From the NCBI GenBank assembly GCA_036752345.1, contig DAIOSV010000004.1:1-53699 (forward strand): 53,699 bases of DNA. The letters are read 5' to 3'. The translations under genes and the position numbers were made by a program. Within the stretch, counting starts at the first letter, position 1; every line of letters begins with the position of its first letter. The stretch comes from Bacteroidales bacterium (GTDB lineage: Bacteria; Bacteroidota; Bacteroidia; Bacteroidales; UBA1715). Under the pieces are notes generated by a model, which searched no databases, was not told the origin of the DNA, and worked only from the letters and a program-made list of their open reading frames with translations. This document shows positions 52,200 through 53,699 of the stretch, piece after piece.

Positions 52200-53699
52200 T
52201 TATTTTGCAAGTTTTACCGTAACTTCTGAACCTTTGTAGGTAATAGTTTTGCTTACGTTTTTCGTAATTGGTAAACCAACGCCATTGTTTTCAGAAACTA
52301 ATACAATGTTGAATACTCGCGATTGCAACATCCCCGGGAATGTGCCTTTGCGCTCGTCTATCGTCAACGTTTTATCATCGTTGTCCCATTCGAACTCAAT
52401 GGTAGCGCAGATGCCTTTTTCGTAGTTATAGCCGTCGTTTTCGTCTTCGTACAGTGTGAACTCGCCATCAGCACCTTGGTACACGCGAATTTCAAGTGTA
52501 TCGTCCGGTGATTCCAATGCGTAGTTTTTAACTTTTGCCATAGGAATAATAGAACCGGCGCGAACGAATAGCGGCATGGTTTCAATTGTAGCGTTAGCGT
52601 TAATCGTTTGTCCGCCATTGTAGCTTTTGCCTGTCCAGAAATCAACCCAAGCGGTGCCTTTTGGCAAATATACCGGACGTGTTGTTTTTGTCACTTTAAT
52701 AGGAGCAGCATCTTCGGCAAACATTGAAGGTGTTTTCCAACAAAGTATGGTACGAGCGGCACCGGTAGAAGAGTTTTCGGTTTCAAACACAAAACTGTAT
52801 GCTTTGCCTGCTTGCAATTCTACGTAGTCGGTGTATTTTTCCGTTCCACCTTCGTTTTGCGGAATTTCTTTTCCATCTATAAATAATCGTTTGCGATCGA
52901 AGTTTTTAATGTGGAAACGGTATTTTCCGCTTTCAGGAACGGTAATTTTCCCTTCGTAACGAATTGCAAACATTGAATCGGTTACATAACTTGGACGTTT
53001 GCAATACCAGAACACATCAAGTTTTTCAACCACAGTGTCAAGTCCAAGAACTTTGTATTTGTTGTCTTTGTAGAAACGAGCACGAAGTCCCGGTTTGCCA
53101 TCGTTTGTTGTGAAAACCGAACCCGGCACTTCAACACTGCGTTGTGGTGCTTTGTATTTTTGGTATTCGGTAACAGGAGCAACAAGGAATGAAGAACCGA
53201 AAATGTATTCGTCCGTAATGTTGTACGTTTGTTTGTCTTGTGGGAAATCCATTGCCAAAGCACGCATCATAGTGTAGTCGTCGTTGTACACTTGCCAAGC
53301 GCGAGTGTAAATGAATGGCAACAAGCGGTAGCGAAGGTGGTCAAATTTGAGCAATGTTGGACTGAATTCTCCAAATTCCCAAATTTCGCGTGGCGTTTCT
53401 GAGCCGTGCGAACGGAATATCGGGCAGAATGTGCAGAATTGGAACATACGTGTGTACAATTCTTGATAAGCCGGATCTTTAACCGAATTACTGAAAACAC
53501 CTTCGTAAGAACTCAATACGAATCCGCCTACATCAAATGTCCAATACGGAACACCGGACATACAGTGGTTTATACCAGCTATAATTTGACGTTGGTAAAT
53601 GTCCCAAGCGGCACCAATATCTCCACTCCAGGTAACTGCTCCGGCACGTTGTTGTCCGGCATAGGTAGAGCGGGTTAGAATGTATTGTCGTTGTGGATT
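52200..53699 (-). CDS. glycoside hydrolase family 31 enzyme with an inserted PA14-like domain; 5' end outside the window
   Basis: The frame is open from 53561 to the window edge. My manual translation there is NPQRQYILTRSTYAGQQRAGAVTWSGDIGAAWDIYQRQIIAGINHC, followed by MSGVPYWTFDVGGF. This is the typical GH31 catalytic-domain pattern (WSGD, GxPxWxxDxGGF). A PA14-like block, RFYKDN...FAIRYEGKITVPESGKYRFHIKNFDRKRLFIDGKEI, lies before the VYLPKGTAWVDFWTG C-terminal beta-sandwich. Confidence 0.85.
   Translation of the reverse strand, partial: NPQRQYILTRSTYAGQQRAGAVTWSGDIGAAWDIYQRQIIAGINHCMSGVPYWTFDVGGFVLSSYEGVFSNSVKDPAYQELYTRMFQFCTFCPIFRSHGSETPREIWEFGEFSPTLLKFDHLRYRLLPFIYTRAWQVYNDDYTMMRALAMDFPQDKQTYNITDEYIFGSSFLVAPVTEYQKYKAPQRSVEVPGSVFTTNDGKPGLRARFYKDNKYKVLGLDTVVEKLDVFWYCKRPSYVTDSMFAIRYEGKITVPESGKYRFHIKNFDRKRLFIDGKEIPQNEGGTEKYTDYVELQAGKAYSFVFETENSSTGAARTILCWKTPSMFAEDAAPIKVTKTTRPVYLPKGTAWVDFWTGKSYNGGQTINANATIETMPLFVRAGSIIPMAKVKNYALESPDDTLEIRVYQGADGEFTLYEDENDGYNYEKGICATIEFEWDNDDKTLTIDERKGTFPGMLQSRVFNIVLVSENNGVGLPITKNVSKTITYKGSEVTVKLAK

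Noticed and set aside
1-53699. CRISPR arrays, IS elements/transposases, integrases, prophage structural genes, rRNA, riboswitches
   Set aside because: I scanned both strands and all intergenic regions, all of which are shorter than about 175 nt. I found no regularly spaced repeats, no DDE, tyrosine or serine recombinase motifs, no rRNA-like sequence and no leader long enough for a riboswitch. Absence is by eye only and should be confirmed with Infernal/Rfam and ISfinder-type searches.

Overview
This 53.7-kb chromosomal segment reads as an anaerobic member of the Bacteroidota. Supporting signs are two S8 peptidases ending in T9SS-type C-terminal sorting domains, TAnnTTTG-type -7 boxes, a PerR/rubredoxin/Hrb/rubrerythrin operon and a class I fumarase, with roughly 40% GC by eye. 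I can support about 47 protein genes, one tRNA-Asp(GTC), one pseudogene and several intrinsic terminators. I saw no rRNA, CRISPR array, transposase or integrase. Most of the window is housekeeping (tkt, argH plus argE-like, hisH, trkA/trkH, mscS, recO, clpB, fumarase, MlaEF-like, rfaE-type kinase) packed into long co-directional arrays with many 0-4 nt gene junctions.

Parts worth a second look:
1. 16408-22346: a plus-strand operon encoding a 1254-aa sensor / double-receiver / PPDK_N (ATP-grasp) protein that lacks the usual PEP-utilising partner domains. It is translationally coupled to a LuxR-type regulator whose receiver has lost every phospho-acceptor residue, followed by a CrtI-like FAD oxidoreductase. 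This is my best candidate for an undescribed signalling system.
2. 4731-9310: an AT-rich three-gene secreted/surface operon inserted between diverged direct repeats of the ald-3'/eamA junction, which looks like a Campbell-type integration footprint, next to an internally deleted eamA pseudogene.
3. 50132-51422: an AAA/DUF4143-type ATPase gene bracketed by a perfect 17-nt inverted repeat containing a CCCTCAWTGAGGG dyad, with a third copy nearby, next to an ORF6N gene.
4. 9245-12751: a tightly coupled B12-radical-SAM / unknown 120-aa / secreted esterase / EamA exporter array.
5. 40468-45857: an orphan ammonia-lyase (MIO) / FabG / small OMP / FabB-like KAS / lipoprotein set resembling a fragment of a flexirubin or aryl-polyene pathway.
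6. Two genes missed by the ORF track (a 52-aa rubredoxin and a 59-aa membrane peptide between trkA and trkH), and a Per-box-like composite palindrome upstream of perR.

All family calls come from motif and pattern recognition by eye. No database search was run.
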